Virus record (IMG/VR): IMGVR_UViG_3300029288_000055
Coordinates: 1-64,000 of that record
Direction: 5' to 3' (one strand)
Source: a virus
Lineage: Duplodnaviria > Heunggongvirae > Uroviricota > Caudoviricetes
Length of the DNA stretch: 64,000 nucleotides
The notes under the pieces: generated by a model
What the model saw: the letters and a program-made list of their open reading frames with translations, nothing else
Databases searched by the model: none
Told to the model about the DNA's origin: nothing
Part shown: positions 7,873 to 17,927 of the stretch, in pieces
How the letters are laid out: every line of letters starts with the position of its first letter
How positions within the stretch are numbered: the stretch's first letter is position 1
Position numbers and translations under genes: made by a program

Positions 7873-8444
7873 GAGGTGATTTTACAAAAATTAGAGAGTA
7901 CGCAGAAAAATGTCATAAAGACGCTAATTGCAAATACGCTGGTGGAAGCTATATGATTCACGTTGATAAAGTGGTGTATGTTATTGAAACATATCAGGAC
8001 ATATTTCTTCGTCCAATCGATGCTGAAATTACTAAAGCTGCAGCCTATGGTCACGATCTAATTGAAGACGCAAAACAAACAGTTAATGATATAAGAGAAG
8101 TAATGGGTATTGATGCAGCCAGAGTTATTCTTAGAGTAACAGATGTACCTGCAGAAAATCGATTAATGAAACATTTACTCACAATGGGTAAAACTGTTGA
8201 AGATCATCGTGCTATCATTCTTAAAATGGCAGATATTTGGTCAAACGCAACATTCAGTAGAAATTCTCGTAATTCAATGTATGGTAAATATGTTGAAGAA
8301 TATAAATATCGTAAGTCAATATTTCAAATGGGATTAAAATGGCATACTGAATTTCTTGATCAGGAAATACTTAAACTACTATGGGCAGAATTAGATTTTG
8401 CTCATGGAGTAAAAGGAACTTATTTGAATTTAAAATTAGAATAA
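7869..8444 (+). CDS. HD-domain protein, RelA/SpoT hydrolase (Mesh1/small alarmone hydrolase)-like
   Basis: H..Y..H, AAAYGHDLIED, VILRVTD, ILKMADIWSN. Confidence 0.8.
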   Translation: MRGDFTKIREYAEKCHKDANCKYAGGSYMIHVDKVVYVIETYQDIFLRPIDAEITKAAAYGHDLIEDAKQTVNDIREVMGIDAARVILRVTDVPAENRLMKHLLTMGKTVEDHRAIILKMADIWSNATFSRNSRNSMYGKYVEEYKYRKSIFQMGLKWHTEFLDQEILKLLWAELDFAHGVKGTYLNLKLE

Positions 8445-8710
8445 TGAAAAAAACTGAAGGTGCAAATGCCAAGGCATTGGTATTACGAGAAATCGTAAAT
8501 CGTCTAAGACGTAGACGTGAAAAATTAAATAAAGATATTGAAGATAAAACCGAAGAAATGCATGTTGCATGTATTCATGATGAATATGAAATAAAAGATT
8601 CATATGTTGAAGGTAGTTATTATGATAGATGTCAATATATAAAGACATATATTTGCAAAATATGCGGTAAGGAAATTAAGAAAGATGTAACTTACGGTGG
8701 ATTTAATTAA
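8444..8710 (+). CDS. hypothetical protein with Zn-ribbon
   Basis: CxH..CKICG; TAATG overlap. Confidence 0.6.
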   Translation: MKKTEGANAKALVLREIVNRLRRRREKLNKDIEDKTEEMHVACIHDEYEIKDSYVEGSYYDRCQYIKTYICKICGKEIKKDVTYGGFN

Positions 8711-8722
8711 AAATAAATTATT

Positions 8723-9070
8723 ATGGAAAATTTAACGGCAGAAACCTTTAAAGAAAAGGTATACGATTTTAGTGGAACAGATAAAAAACTTCTTGGTACT
8801 AAGCCAGTTGTAATTGATTTTTATGCAGATTGGTGTAATCCCTGTAAAATGGTCGCTCCAATTCTGAAACAACTTAGCATCGAATATACGGGTATTGATT
8901 TTTATAAAATTGATACGGATGCACAGAGTGAATTGGCTGCAATATTTGGTATTAGAAGCATACCTTCTATTTTATTTATACCAATTGAAGGTATACCTCA
9001 AATGATGATGGGAGCACAGCCAAAGTCCAGATTTACAGAGGCAATAAAAAATATTTTTGGAATTGAGTAA
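8723..9070 (+). CDS. trxA: thioredoxin
   Basis: DFYADWCNPCK, GIRSIP. Confidence 0.95.
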   Translation: MENLTAETFKEKVYDFSGTDKKLLGTKPVVIDFYADWCNPCKMVAPILKQLSIEYTGIDFYKIDTDAQSELAAIFGIRSIPSILFIPIEGIPQMMMGAQPKSRFTEAIKNIFGIE

Positions 9071-9076
9071 GATTTT

Positions 9077-9106
9077 TGTAACCTTTTAAATAAGGACTAC
9101 GTATAA
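9077..9106 (+). promoter_or_regulatory. ECF-sigma-type promoter TGTAACC-N16-CGTATAA
   Basis: 10 nt upstream of ATG 9117. Confidence 0.75.
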
Positions 9107-9116
9107 TACGCACAGA

Positions 9117-9599
9117 ATGAAAAATGAAAAAAAATATTTATTTCTTGATCTTGATAGTGTTATGATAACAGAAAGAGAATTCGATTCAGCAATACAATTT
9201 ACGTACATAACAGAGCCATTTGACCCTAAGTGTGTTGCGGTATTAAATGAAATTATCGAAGCTGTTAATCCTTTCATTATCCTTACCAGTGACAGAAGAT
9301 TACGATTACAACTCAAAGAAATGAATGAGGTTTTTAAACATAATGGTGTTATTTCACCAGTTAAAGACTATACTCCTAATTTCTGGGGTACACAATTCAC
9401 TAAATTTCAAGATGCGAATATGTGTCGTGGATTTGAAATACTAAGGTATACCCGACAATATCAAATTGAAAATTATGCCGTTGTTGATGATATGAATCTC
9501 ACTGGTTGGGTTTCAGATCATTTTGTTTGGTGCACAAGTTCTACTGATGGACTTAATCAAGAAGGTGTTAAAGAAAAAATATTAAAATTTTTAATGTAA
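9117..9599 (+). CDS. HAD-family protein (Swiss-Army-knife RNA-repair HAD-like)
   Basis: LFLDLDSV, ILTSDRR, RGFEI, YAVVDD, DGL. Confidence 0.75.
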   Translation: MKNEKKYLFLDLDSVMITEREFDSAIQFTYITEPFDPKCVAVLNEIIEAVNPFIILTSDRRLRLQLKEMNEVFKHNGVISPVKDYTPNFWGTQFTKFQDANMCRGFEILRYTRQYQIENYAVVDDMNLTGWVSDHFVWCTSSTDGLNQEGVKEKILKFLM

Positions 9600-9603
9600 A
9601 ACA

Positions 9604-11043
9604 ATGTATAACTTTATTTTTATGAAAAACGACAAACTGGAATTATTACTGAACAAGGTTGTTGAGTACAACAATCCTACTGCCTATGATGGTAAAGGTT
9701 GCAATTTCAAAGGCTTTCTTTATAAAGACAGTCAAGGTTACTATATAAAAGTAATCGAACACATTAGCGGTACAGATATTGCTGTAAACGACAAAATTCG
9801 CTTCAAATTAGGTGATGATGAATTTATCATTCATGCTGAAAAACCCAAACTTATGGTAGTCGATAAAAATTCGTGGCACTATCAATTGGTAAAGTATGTA
9901 CTTGGTGATAATGCACCAACTCCACAGACAATGCAGAATGGTTGTCCATATTTCTGGCTGCTTATATTCTCATTGTTTGCTTGTTCATTTCTTGCAATAT
10001 TTCAGGTGTTGAAATATATTGTGTTATTATTTCCAAAAGGATTTGTCTGGTGTCTCGAAAAATCTGTTGATAACTGGATTCAGAGTCTTGATGACATTAC
10101 TGCTTATGAAATATATCAGAATCGTTACACAAGTAAGAAAGATGTTCAGAAACTTCCACTTACAGCAAAAGTATTTTTCGATACTAATGATGATGATTTT
10201 TTCAATTACTTTCTGACTAAAAAATACGGTGAAGGAGCAAAATACGATAAAGCAAAAAAAGATCAAATCTATGCTGATTGGGATATTTGGCGTAAGGAAG
10301 TTTGTGAAGCACGTGATAAACGTAAACAAGAAAGATATGCAAAAGAAGAAGAGCAGAGAAAAATCGAAGAAGTTCGTGAAGCAAAAAGAGCAGCAAAGAA
10401 AGCTATCTGGGATGCTCGTATGAAACCACTTAACGATAGTATAAATAATTTCTTTGTATCATTTCGCAAGGCATTCATTTTCAAAGGTGATACTAAAACG
10501 CTTATTAAGAGAACTAAACAAGTTATTGGTGCGCTTATTACTCTTATACTGCTTGTAGGAGCATTCTTTGTGGTAGAATATTTTGCATTGGCACTTATGA
10601 TAGCAATTGATGCATTGATTAAATTCTGGTATGTACTTGTTGCAATTATTATAATTGCAGCAGCATGTGGTTTATTATATTTTATCGGAGTATTCATCGG
10701 TGGATGGTTACAGAATGTTATTAACAAGTATAATGGTGGTAAAAAGGTGTGGTATGTTGAACCACTTATCTGGTTTGTATGGTATCCAGTAAAATATATT
10801 GGATTAGGACTGTTCTATGCAGTACTTTATATAATTGGCTATCCAGTTAAATTCATCTTCTATACCGTTCTTTGGAAACTTATAATAGTAAATGTTGCCA
10901 AATTAATATGGAGTGGTCTTTGTTCAGTAGGTCGTGGTCTGGCTAACAGTACTGGAGTATTTGGTGAATATGTACATGCTGACTATACTGGCTTATGTCC
11001 GGGTCTGGAATGGCGTGGATTTGACGAAGAAGAAGAGAAATAG
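9604..11043 (+). CDS. multi-pass membrane protein
   Basis: Several hydrophobic helices and a charged coil; start may be 9622. Confidence 0.75.
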   Translation: MYNFIFMKNDKLELLLNKVVEYNNPTAYDGKGCNFKGFLYKDSQGYYIKVIEHISGTDIAVNDKIRFKLGDDEFIIHAEKPKLMVVDKNSWHYQLVKYVLGDNAPTPQTMQNGCPYFWLLIFSLFACSFLAIFQVLKYIVLLFPKGFVWCLEKSVDNWIQSLDDITAYEIYQNRYTSKKDVQKLPLTAKVFFDTNDDDFFNYFLTKKYGEGAKYDKAKKDQIYADWDIWRKEVCEARDKRKQERYAKEEEQRKIEEVREAKRAAKKAIWDARMKPLNDSINNFFVSFRKAFIFKGDTKTLIKRTKQVIGALITLILLVGAFFVVEYFALALMIAIDALIKFWYVLVAIIIIAAACGLLYFIGVFIGGWLQNVINKYNGGKKVWYVEPLIWFVWYPVKYIGLGLFYAVLYIIGYPVKFIFYTVLWKLIIVNVAKLIWSGLCSVGRGLANSTGVFGEYVHADYTGLCPGLEWRGFDEEEEK

Positions 11044-11074
11044 TTTTATTGTCTAACCTAAAAAAATTAAAATT

Positions 11075-11725
11075 ATGTTAATATTTATTTTATCATTCAT
11101 TGCAACAGCAATCGTTTCGCTGTGCTTCTTCAAGAGTAAATTCTGGGAAAATAGATACCTTGTTTTATTAATTGGTTCTGGTGTGGCACTCGTTGCCACA
11201 CTTACCACCAATTTTATTGTGCGTGGACATTTAGAAACAAAAGTCGAAACTGTTTGGACTAAATCTTTATATACATTCTATATGCCTGACAGCATTCTAT
11301 TCAAAGACGGATTTCAACGTATAGACAGTCTTTTTCCTGAACAGGTAAAAATGAAATTCGCAATTAATTATGACTGGTATAACGATCATGAAGGCAAAGA
11401 ATTCTGGAAGGATAGTACTAAAAAACAAACACCAGTTAGTTTTGTACTCTATACTATAGATAAAAAGGGAAAGAACAAGTATTTCGGTGTATTCAAAACT
11501 GAATACAAGCAGACATACTATAATTATGATCTGACTTATGTTGCATCAAGCGGTAACGATACGCTTATATATATTACTAAAAGGAAACTTGTTTATAGTG
11601 TACCACCAAGTAACTGGATTACTGGCTTTAGTTTTCCAAGAGTAAAGACGGCTACCGTAATATACATACCGCCAAAAGAATATACAATGATACCAGATTC
11701 ATTAATCAAAAAACTTCCCTTCTAA
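11075..11725 (+). CDS. membrane-anchored hypothetical protein
   Basis: Two N-terminal hydrophobic segments. Confidence 0.7.
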   Translation: MLIFILSFIATAIVSLCFFKSKFWENRYLVLLIGSGVALVATLTTNFIVRGHLETKVETVWTKSLYTFYMPDSILFKDGFQRIDSLFPEQVKMKFAINYDWYNDHEGKEFWKDSTKKQTPVSFVLYTIDKKGKNKYFGVFKTEYKQTYYNYDLTYVASSGNDTLIYITKRKLVYSVPPSNWITGFSFPRVKTATVIYIPPKEYTMIPDSLIKKLPF

Positions 11726-11914
11726 TGGAATTGATACATTATATATCAAAATAAAAAAGGTATAACAATTAAAAAATTTTCACGCCAATCAGATAGATTG
11801 TTTTTGCCAAGAAAGGATGAATATGTTGAAATCGAAAATTATAACGGACAAGTTATAAAAATTACACATAATCTTTTTATTCCATGTGTTATTATTTTAA
11901 TTGAAATTAAATGA
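11725..11914 (+). pseudogene. frameshifted small gene (or non-ATG start)
   Basis: ATG 11725 stops after 9 codons; the +1 frame 11738-11914 is open (..LPRKDEYVEIENYNGQVIKITHNL..) and ends in an ATGA overlap with the next gene. Confidence 0.45.
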
Positions 11915-12156
11915 AAACTACATTATTACAAATTTTTTTAAAGAAAGAAAAAATCCATTGGAATCGTATCAAACAATTGTTTGGTAAATTCAATGGTTGG
12001 GCAAGTAAACTTACTTTTGGAGTGATTGTTGCATCATTATTAATTATAGTACATTATGCAATGACTTTTATGCATCTTCTTTATGAAGTTGGATTATTTA
12101 TTTTCGCTCGTGATATGTTTAGAGCAAACTTACAGAAACTTGCATTAAAAGTATAA
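11911..12156 (+). CDS. small membrane protein
   Basis: ORF track, hydrophobic segment. Confidence 0.55.
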   Translation: MKTTLLQIFLKKEKIHWNRIKQLFGKFNGWASKLTFGVIVASLLIIVHYAMTFMHLLYEVGLFIFARDMFRANLQKLALKV

Positions 12157-12159
12157 ACT

Positions 12160-12426
12160 ATGTGGAAAATAATTCTTTTTCTGGAAAAATGGTTTGTATA
12201 TCCTATAATATTTACAATATGTTTTATAGTATATTCTCTGACGTATATAATAATGACATTTGAACTTCCTGATATAAATTATATAAAAAAATATAAAAAT
12301 GAATATCATAAAGATGCAAGTATGGGTGATATTGCACATGGTTTATCGGGAATGGTATTTGCCATAGCATTTTCTTGTTTTATTTTTTACGAATTTTATA
12401 CTAAAACACATATTCATTTAAAATAA
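12160..12426 (+). CDS. small membrane protein
   Basis: Two hydrophobic segments. Confidence 0.55.
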   Translation: MWKIILFLEKWFVYPIIFTICFIVYSLTYIIMTFELPDINYIKKYKNEYHKDASMGDIAHGLSGMVFAIAFSCFIFYEFYTKTHIHLK

Positions 12427-12430
12427 TACT

Positions 12431-12559
12431 ATGACACTAAAAGAATTTTTAGAATATCTTAGTCAAGATCAAAACCATTTTTGGGGTTTTATCCTTGTAC
12501 TTATAATCATTGATAGTGTTATCACATCAATAATAAAATCCATATTCAGAAGAAAATGA
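12431..12559 (+). CDS. 42-aa membrane peptide (not in ORF track)
   Basis: MTLKEFLEYLSQDQNHFWGFILVLIIIDSVITSIIKSIFRRK*; ATGA overlap with the next gene. Confidence 0.55.
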   Translation: MTLKEFLEYLSQDQNHFWGFILVLIIIDSVITSIIKSIFRRK

Positions 12560-13074
12560 GTTTATTTGTAACAGATGTTGAATCAGACGGACAGATAATT
12601 GGAAGACACAGTATTGTGTGCTTTGGTGTAGTTAAATTAACACCTGAACTTGATACTACCTTTTATGGTCAAATGATGCCAATTTCAGATCAATGGATAC
12701 CTGACGCACTTGCTGTAAGTGGATTTAGTCGTGAAGAACATGAAAATTTTTCACATCCCAAAAGTGTTATGGAAAATTTTGCAAAGTGGCTTAATGAGCA
12801 TTCGATAGGTCAACCTGTTCTTATCTCAGACAATAATGGCTATGATGCTTCATGGATTAATTATTACTTTCATGTATATTATGGTAAAAATCCGTTCGGT
12901 TGGTCATCCAGACGTATTGGTGACCTCTATTGTGGTATGGTTAAGGATACATTTGCTCAATGGAAACAATTAAGAGTAACAAAGCATACACATAATCCTG
13001 TTGATGATGCGAGAGGTAATGCAGAAGCATTGCTCAAAATGAAAGAAATGGGACTTAAAATTAATACTAAATAA
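12556..13074 (+). CDS. DEDDh 3'-5' exo(ribo)nuclease, Rv2179c-like
   Basis: TDVESDG, NGYD, HTHNPVDDA. Confidence 0.85.
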   Translation: MSLFVTDVESDGQIIGRHSIVCFGVVKLTPELDTTFYGQMMPISDQWIPDALAVSGFSREEHENFSHPKSVMENFAKWLNEHSIGQPVLISDNNGYDASWINYYFHVYYGKNPFGWSSRRIGDLYCGMVKDTFAQWKQLRVTKHTHNPVDDARGNAEALLKMKEMGLKINTK

Positions 13075-13076
13075 TT

Positions 13077-13295
13077 ATGGCAAGATATATAAAGGATACA
13101 CCAAGACTTAAAGTCAAATTTATTGATGCAGATACTGAAAAAACAATACTTGAATTAAACGATAGAACTTGGATGAATATTGGTGAACTACTCAGCGATT
13201 ATTCAGTAGATGCTATTGTTAAAAGTGAATTGAAAGAAGATAAACTACCAACAAATTTAATGGTATTAGTAGTATCTGAATTTACTTTACAATAA
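13077..13295 (+). CDS. hypothetical protein
   Basis: ORF track. Confidence 0.65.
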   Translation: MARYIKDTPRLKVKFIDADTEKTILELNDRTWMNIGELLSDYSVDAIVKSELKEDKLPTNLMVLVVSEFTLQ

Positions 13296-13343
13296 TATTG
13301 AATTAACTACATTTAAAGTATATATACAAATATGTGCTTTTTT

Positions 13344-13373
13344 TGTAACCTTTTTAATGTTATTTCCGTATAA
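13344..13373 (+). promoter_or_regulatory. ECF-sigma-type promoter TGTAACC-N16-CGTATAA
   Basis: Third exact copy of both boxes. Confidence 0.75.
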
Positions 13374-13398
13374 GAAGCACATTAATAAACTCAAAATT

Positions 13399-14058
13399 AT
13401 GAAAAGAATTGTTTTAATTATCGGAATTATGCTACTCACAGATGTAGTATTTGCACAAACGTGGAAGCCATCTTTACTTGAGTATTTCGTGGAAAGACCT
13501 CAATATGCTCTGATGGAACATGAATCTCCAGAGTCCGTTGAGATATTGAAAAATAATGACATAAATAATCCTTATTATAAAACTGCTGTTGAATATTTTG
13601 ATAAAAGTGCATATTCGTTTATTGCAAATAAAAAACTGTATATGCTTTCATATGACACTTGCAAATTATGTATGACAAAATGGGTAAAAGATAATGAGAG
13701 AAGAGAAAGAGGTATCTATTTGTTCCGTTTGGACAAGACTGGTTGGGTTAAAGCATCTGATAAGCCTGTGCAGATTGATTACAAACAGATCAAAACCACA
13801 ATGCCAGAAGGTAGTAGTCTTGCAAGCAAAATCTGGTCATATTCCAGTTATTTTCCACAGAGTTCAATAAGCGAAAATGAACAGCAGGATTATGGTGTTG
13901 GGAGTAAAAATGGAAGTGTAACGATAGATTCTGATGGTACTGTTACCATAATAATTGTTAATCACAGTAAGAAAACACAATATCAGGGTAAAGTAGATTT
14001 TAGTATTCACAAAGTTGTACTCAAGCCAAGTAATGATGGCACTTATATCGTACAATAA
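13399..14058 (+). CDS. secreted/periplasmic protein
   Basis: Signal peptide MKRIVLIIGIMLLTDVVFA-Q (Gln after the cleavage site, typical of Bacteroidota). Confidence 0.7.
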   Translation: MKRIVLIIGIMLLTDVVFAQTWKPSLLEYFVERPQYALMEHESPESVEILKNNDINNPYYKTAVEYFDKSAYSFIANKKLYMLSYDTCKLCMTKWVKDNERRERGIYLFRLDKTGWVKASDKPVQIDYKQIKTTMPEGSSLASKIWSYSSYFPQSSISENEQQDYGVGSKNGSVTIDSDGTVTIIIVNHSKKTQYQGKVDFSIHKVVLKPSNDGTYIVQ

Positions 14059-14486
14059 TGTTAAAAGTAGTACCGTATATTCAGACAATAGGTTGCGAAA
14101 TGTATAAAAAATTCATTTCGCTTCCTTTCTCAATTAATTTACTGTATTCAACTACTAAAGAAGATGGCATTAATGTAATATTTGATGGATGGCATGGTAA
14201 AAACATGGAAACTTGGTGTAAATTTTATAATGAAGAAAATATTGTTCTTGAATTCTATGCAGGATATTATATCATTAAATTTCCAAAAAAAGATTCACAA
14301 AAATTACCGCTACCCAAAACTATTAATGACTTTATCAATGATATGAACAGATTTGGCATTCAACTTTTCTGGAGTCAATGGATGGATGACAATTTTGAAC
14401 CAAAGGATTATCTTGATGTAAATGAGATATCTATATACTTCACAAATCTATTAATCAGGATGAAGAAGGAGCAAGATTTAGACTAA
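14058..14486 (+). CDS. hypothetical protein
   Basis: ORF track, TAATG overlap. Confidence 0.65.
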   Translation: MLKVVPYIQTIGCEMYKKFISLPFSINLLYSTTKEDGINVIFDGWHGKNMETWCKFYNEENIVLEFYAGYYIIKFPKKDSQKLPLPKTINDFINDMNRFGIQLFWSQWMDDNFEPKDYLDVNEISIYFTNLLIRMKKEQDLD

Positions 14487-14489
14487 AAC

Positions 14490-14520
14490 TTGCATTTTTA
14501 AAAAATTTAACTTACATTTG
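14490..14520 (+). promoter_or_regulatory. Bacteroidota housekeeping-type promoter
   Basis: TTG-N20-TACATTTG. Confidence 0.7.
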
Positions 14521-14534
14521 ACATTTATATTACT

Positions 14535-15287
14535 ATGCAAATAGAAAAAAAATATTGGGATATTTGGGATAAAACAACATTTAAGACCATTTGTTATCAT
14601 AAAAATTTTGACTTAGTTAATGATGATGAAAGTCTTATTACTGAATATCGTGGGACAATATCTCTCATTAGGGTAAAAGAATATAAACCACCTGTACTTA
14701 TGGGTGAGTTTGAACTTTCAGAATGGAATATAGGGTTAGGTCTTAAGTTTGATGCAGATTTAATGAAACTCATGAAAAAGCACAAAGCAGAATTCTTATA
14801 TACTGAATTACTGAGTGTGATAAAAAACAAAGAGATCGATATAACCAAATACAAGAAGATCGTGTTTGTTACAAATCTTATAGTACGTCCAGATTTTAGA
14901 AAATTCGGATTAACTGAAGAGTTCGTTGAATTACTATACAGGGAACATTTTAATGAAAATGATGCTATCATTGCGTTGGTTAAACCACTACAGGATAATA
15001 AAATAGATAAAGATCATTATTATAAGCGGGAAATAATTGAAATAAAACTTTCGCTTGAAGACAACAAAAAACTTGAATTTGTTCCTGCTGTAGAGTATTA
15101 TAAATTAAATGAATTGCTTGAAAGGAAAGATACAGAAACAAATGAATATAAACTTTTTTCAATTGCAACCAAATGTGGTTTCAGCAGAATTGGTGAATCA
15201 TATTTATTCAACTATTCGCCTGAAAAGACAATTCAGCGAATGAGTGAAAAGAGAAATTATTCTATAAAAATAAATTCTTTTATTTAA
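14535..15287 (+). CDS. hypothetical protein, possible GNAT fold
   Basis: LIVRPDFRKFGL resembles acetyl-CoA-binding motif A; KCGF near the C-terminus. Confidence 0.5.
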   Translation: MQIEKKYWDIWDKTTFKTICYHKNFDLVNDDESLITEYRGTISLIRVKEYKPPVLMGEFELSEWNIGLGLKFDADLMKLMKKHKAEFLYTELLSVIKNKEIDITKYKKIVFVTNLIVRPDFRKFGLTEEFVELLYREHFNENDAIIALVKPLQDNKIDKDHYYKREIIEIKLSLEDNKKLEFVPAVEYYKLNELLERKDTETNEYKLFSIATKCGFSRIGESYLFNYSPEKTIQRMSEKRNYSIKINSFI

Positions 15288-15297
15288 ATCATTTATT

Positions 15298-15546
15298 ATG
15301 TCAAAGAAAAAGTCAAAAAAAATCGGAAAACTTGATGAAGGTTTTTATATTGAAGCAATTGATAGAGCATATATTGTAGCTAATATGATGGAAGATATAC
15401 TAATTGAGCATCCAGTCTTTATAAAACATAAAGAATTGCGCAAAAGAGTTAAAAAAGCACAAAAACTTGTTCTGGCAGCATATCAACTCATTGGTGGATT
15501 AGAAGTCAAATTATTTTCAGAAGGTAATATACCTGAAACTAAATAA
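15298..15546 (+). CDS. hypothetical protein
   Basis: ORF track. Confidence 0.65.
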   Translation: MSKKKSKKIGKLDEGFYIEAIDRAYIVANMMEDILIEHPVFIKHKELRKRVKKAQKLVLAAYQLIGGLEVKLFSEGNIPETK

Positions 15547-15589
15547 GTTGTAGTTTGTGAGATTCGAAAGTATTTATACTGAATAAAGA

Positions 15590-15775
15590 ATGAATAATAA
15601 TATAGAAATATTGACCACTGAAATTCGAAAAATCCCTTCTTGGAAGGTTGATATTGTTCAAAATTTGGTTGTACTAACTCACACACTACCCAGAAAAACT
15701 TACATTTCTGGGCATTTTCATTTAAAAACCATAAATAATCCAGAAAATTACACATTTAACTCACTGATTTTCTGA
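15590..15775 (+). CDS. hypothetical protein
   Basis: ORF track; GTATTTATA upstream at 15570-15578. Confidence 0.45.
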   Translation: MNNNIEILTTEIRKIPSWKVDIVQNLVVLTHTLPRKTYISGHFHLKTINNPENYTFNSLIF

Positions 15776-15795
15776 TAAATAACTTTATTAAAATT

Positions 15796-16506
15796 ATGAT
15801 TATGAAAAAAATTATGCTATTTTTCTTTCTTTTGTTCTCATCTTTTTTCTTCAGTAATATTACTGTTAGTAATGCTGAAAATACTGAGAATGGAGCTAAA
15901 AGAATGACTGAAATGATAGTTGACCGAGAAAAAGAAGAATATATCAGAATGTATAATGAGATATACCAGAAAAGTCTTATTCAACAAATTGAATTTGAAT
16001 CAGAAATTTTAATTCCAGATTATATTGATTTTAAATATGTTGAATATGCTTATAATCTTGCAAATCAATTAGGTTTTTCAACAAGAACTGTTTTTAGATT
16101 AATATTCAAAGAATCTTCTTTTATTGACACAATTAATTCACCTGCGGGTGCAAATGGACTTATGCAGTTAATGCCTGAAACCCGTATTTTATACAGAAAA
16201 AATCTTCGTACAGATACTTTAAATCTTGATAAGAACCAAGAAGATATTTATATTGGTTTAAATATATTAAAAAATCAATATGAATATTGGAGAGGAAGAG
16301 GTAATTCTGAAAATTATTCATGGAAATTATCGCTTGCAACATATAATGCAGGTATTGTTGCAGTGAATAAATATAAAGGTATTCCGCCATATAAAGAAAC
16401 AACAGATTTTATTACTTTTATACTTAAAACACATTCTAATCCGACATTTTATGCTAATATTTTAAAAAGAGAAAAAAATGAAAACACAGTTAAGATCAGT
16501 TCATGA
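15796..16506 (+). CDS. lytic transglycosylase (SLT domain) with N-terminal signal/anchor
   Basis: KESSF, SPAGANGLMQLMP, ATYNAG, PPYKET. Confidence 0.9.
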   Translation: MIMKKIMLFFFLLFSSFFFSNITVSNAENTENGAKRMTEMIVDREKEEYIRMYNEIYQKSLIQQIEFESEILIPDYIDFKYVEYAYNLANQLGFSTRTVFRLIFKESSFIDTINSPAGANGLMQLMPETRILYRKNLRTDTLNLDKNQEDIYIGLNILKNQYEYWRGRGNSENYSWKLSLATYNAGIVAVNKYKGIPPYKETTDFITFILKTHSNPTFYANILKREKNENTVKISS

Positions 16507-16774
16507 AGAAGCATACTCCGATGGGAGTAGAACGTTAGGAGTTATTATTAATTATACTGACGACAATTCATATAAAGAAAGTTTTACATTCATTTATCAT
16601 CAAAAAAATGCCATGTATATATTTTTTAACACAATGGTAGATTTGTTCGATTACTTATTATATGGTGAAAGTAAAATGAAAAGAGCATACTTGGAAGAAA
16701 TTGAATTTGATAATATCTATGATGCTGATTATGTGGATGGCAAATTTATTGATATATTAAAATGGCAAAATTAA
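16478..16774 (+). CDS. hypothetical protein
   Basis: ORF track. Confidence 0.65.
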   Translation: MKTQLRSVHEEAYSDGSRTLGVIINYTDDNSYKESFTFIYHQKNAMYIFFNTMVDLFDYLLYGESKMKRAYLEEIEFDNIYDADYVDGKFIDILKWQN

Positions 16775-16789
16775 TATATTTCGGTATTT

Positions 16790-17002
16790 ATGTATATGAA
16801 TACGGAAATGAATTTTAAAATTAAAGCATACTGGAATGCCTTATCGGGAGAAGATAGGACTAAATTATTGAATGAGCATAAGTTTTGGCAGGGTTTTAGC
16901 AATTATCGTTACGAATACATACCAGAAGACCTAAAAACTATTATTGGTCTTAAAATCGATTTAAACAACCAAATTGACACTAATATTACATTGATCTCTT
17001 AA
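16790..17002 (+). CDS. hypothetical protein
   Basis: ORF track. Confidence 0.55.
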   Translation: MYMNTEMNFKIKAYWNALSGEDRTKLLNEHKFWQGFSNYRYEYIPEDLKTIIGLKIDLNNQIDTNITLIS

Positions 17003-17927
17003 TTGGCATAAAGACTTCGGTTCTATTAACATCAAAAGCAGTATTATAACCTTCTTCCCACCAAGCACTCATTTCTTCTTTATTAAATACCATTGAGTTT
17101 ACACTTAACTTTCTGGGTAACCAATATACTGTAACCTTTGCACCTTGTTTATTAAGTCTTTTAATTCTTTCATAAAAATATTCGAATTCAATATCATATT
17201 GCATAACATTTATATTGGTATTAACATTTTCCATAAGTGTATTAATGATATTGCCTTCAAGTTTTTCTATCACACGTTCCTTATGTAATATAATATCAAT
17301 TTCCTTAAATCTTTTCATCATTAATTGATCTATACCAATTAAATCAGTTATTCCACCATCACTCCATTGACCAATATGAAAATTACCATCATTACTTTGC
17401 CAACTTTTCTTAACTAATGTTGTAAAGAAAGGAAAATTGGTACTACACCATATCCAATCTTTAAATTCTTCATATTCAATATCTAAAGAATTAAAATAAT
17501 GAATTTTTGATGGTATTTGTGCATAATTTTGTGCACTTACAAGAATTTCTTTATTTTGTTTACGTAGTTCATCAAAATATTTTTCAGGAAAAAAATTACT
17601 GATTGTATTTCTAAGTGCATTTGATGTGCATATGGTTTTTTGACCTAACATTAACGTTATGATTATAGCTAATTTATTTAAACTACCTCTTTTTGTAAAA
17701 GGCATAGGTTTATACCAACATTTATCAAACACATTATCATTATTTAATGAAGTATATCCTTCTTTTAAAACTTCCCATTCTTTTAATGCAATTAAAGGAG
17801 CTAAAAGACTGCCAGTTGAAACACCAACAATTGTATCATAATCACTATTAATTCTGGCAAGTGTACCACCACCAAATGCTCCCCAGCTACCACCACCTGA
17901 TATTAACAAACCACGTTTACTGCTCAT
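16986..17927 (-). CDS. patatin-like phospholipase
   Basis: SGGGSWG, GVSTG nucleophile elbow, DGG. Confidence 0.9.
   Translation of the reverse strand: MSSKRGLLISGGGSWGAFGGGTLARINSDYDTIVGVSTGSLLAPLIALKEWEVLKEGYTSLNNDNVFDKCWYKPMPFTKRGSLNKLAIIITLMLGQKTICTSNALRNTISNFFPEKYFDELRKQNKEILVSAQNYAQIPSKIHYFNSLDIEYEEFKDWIWCSTNFPFFTTLVKKSWQSNDGNFHIGQWSDGGITDLIGIDQLMMKRFKEIDIILHKERVIEKLEGNIINTLMENVNTNINVMQYDIEFEYFYERIKRLNKQGAKVTVYWLPRKLSVNSMVFNKEEMSAWWEEGYNTAFDVNRTEVFMPIKRSM

Noticed and set aside
16986-17927. CBASS (CapV-like) system around the patatin
   Set aside because: No CD-NTase or other Cap genes nearby.
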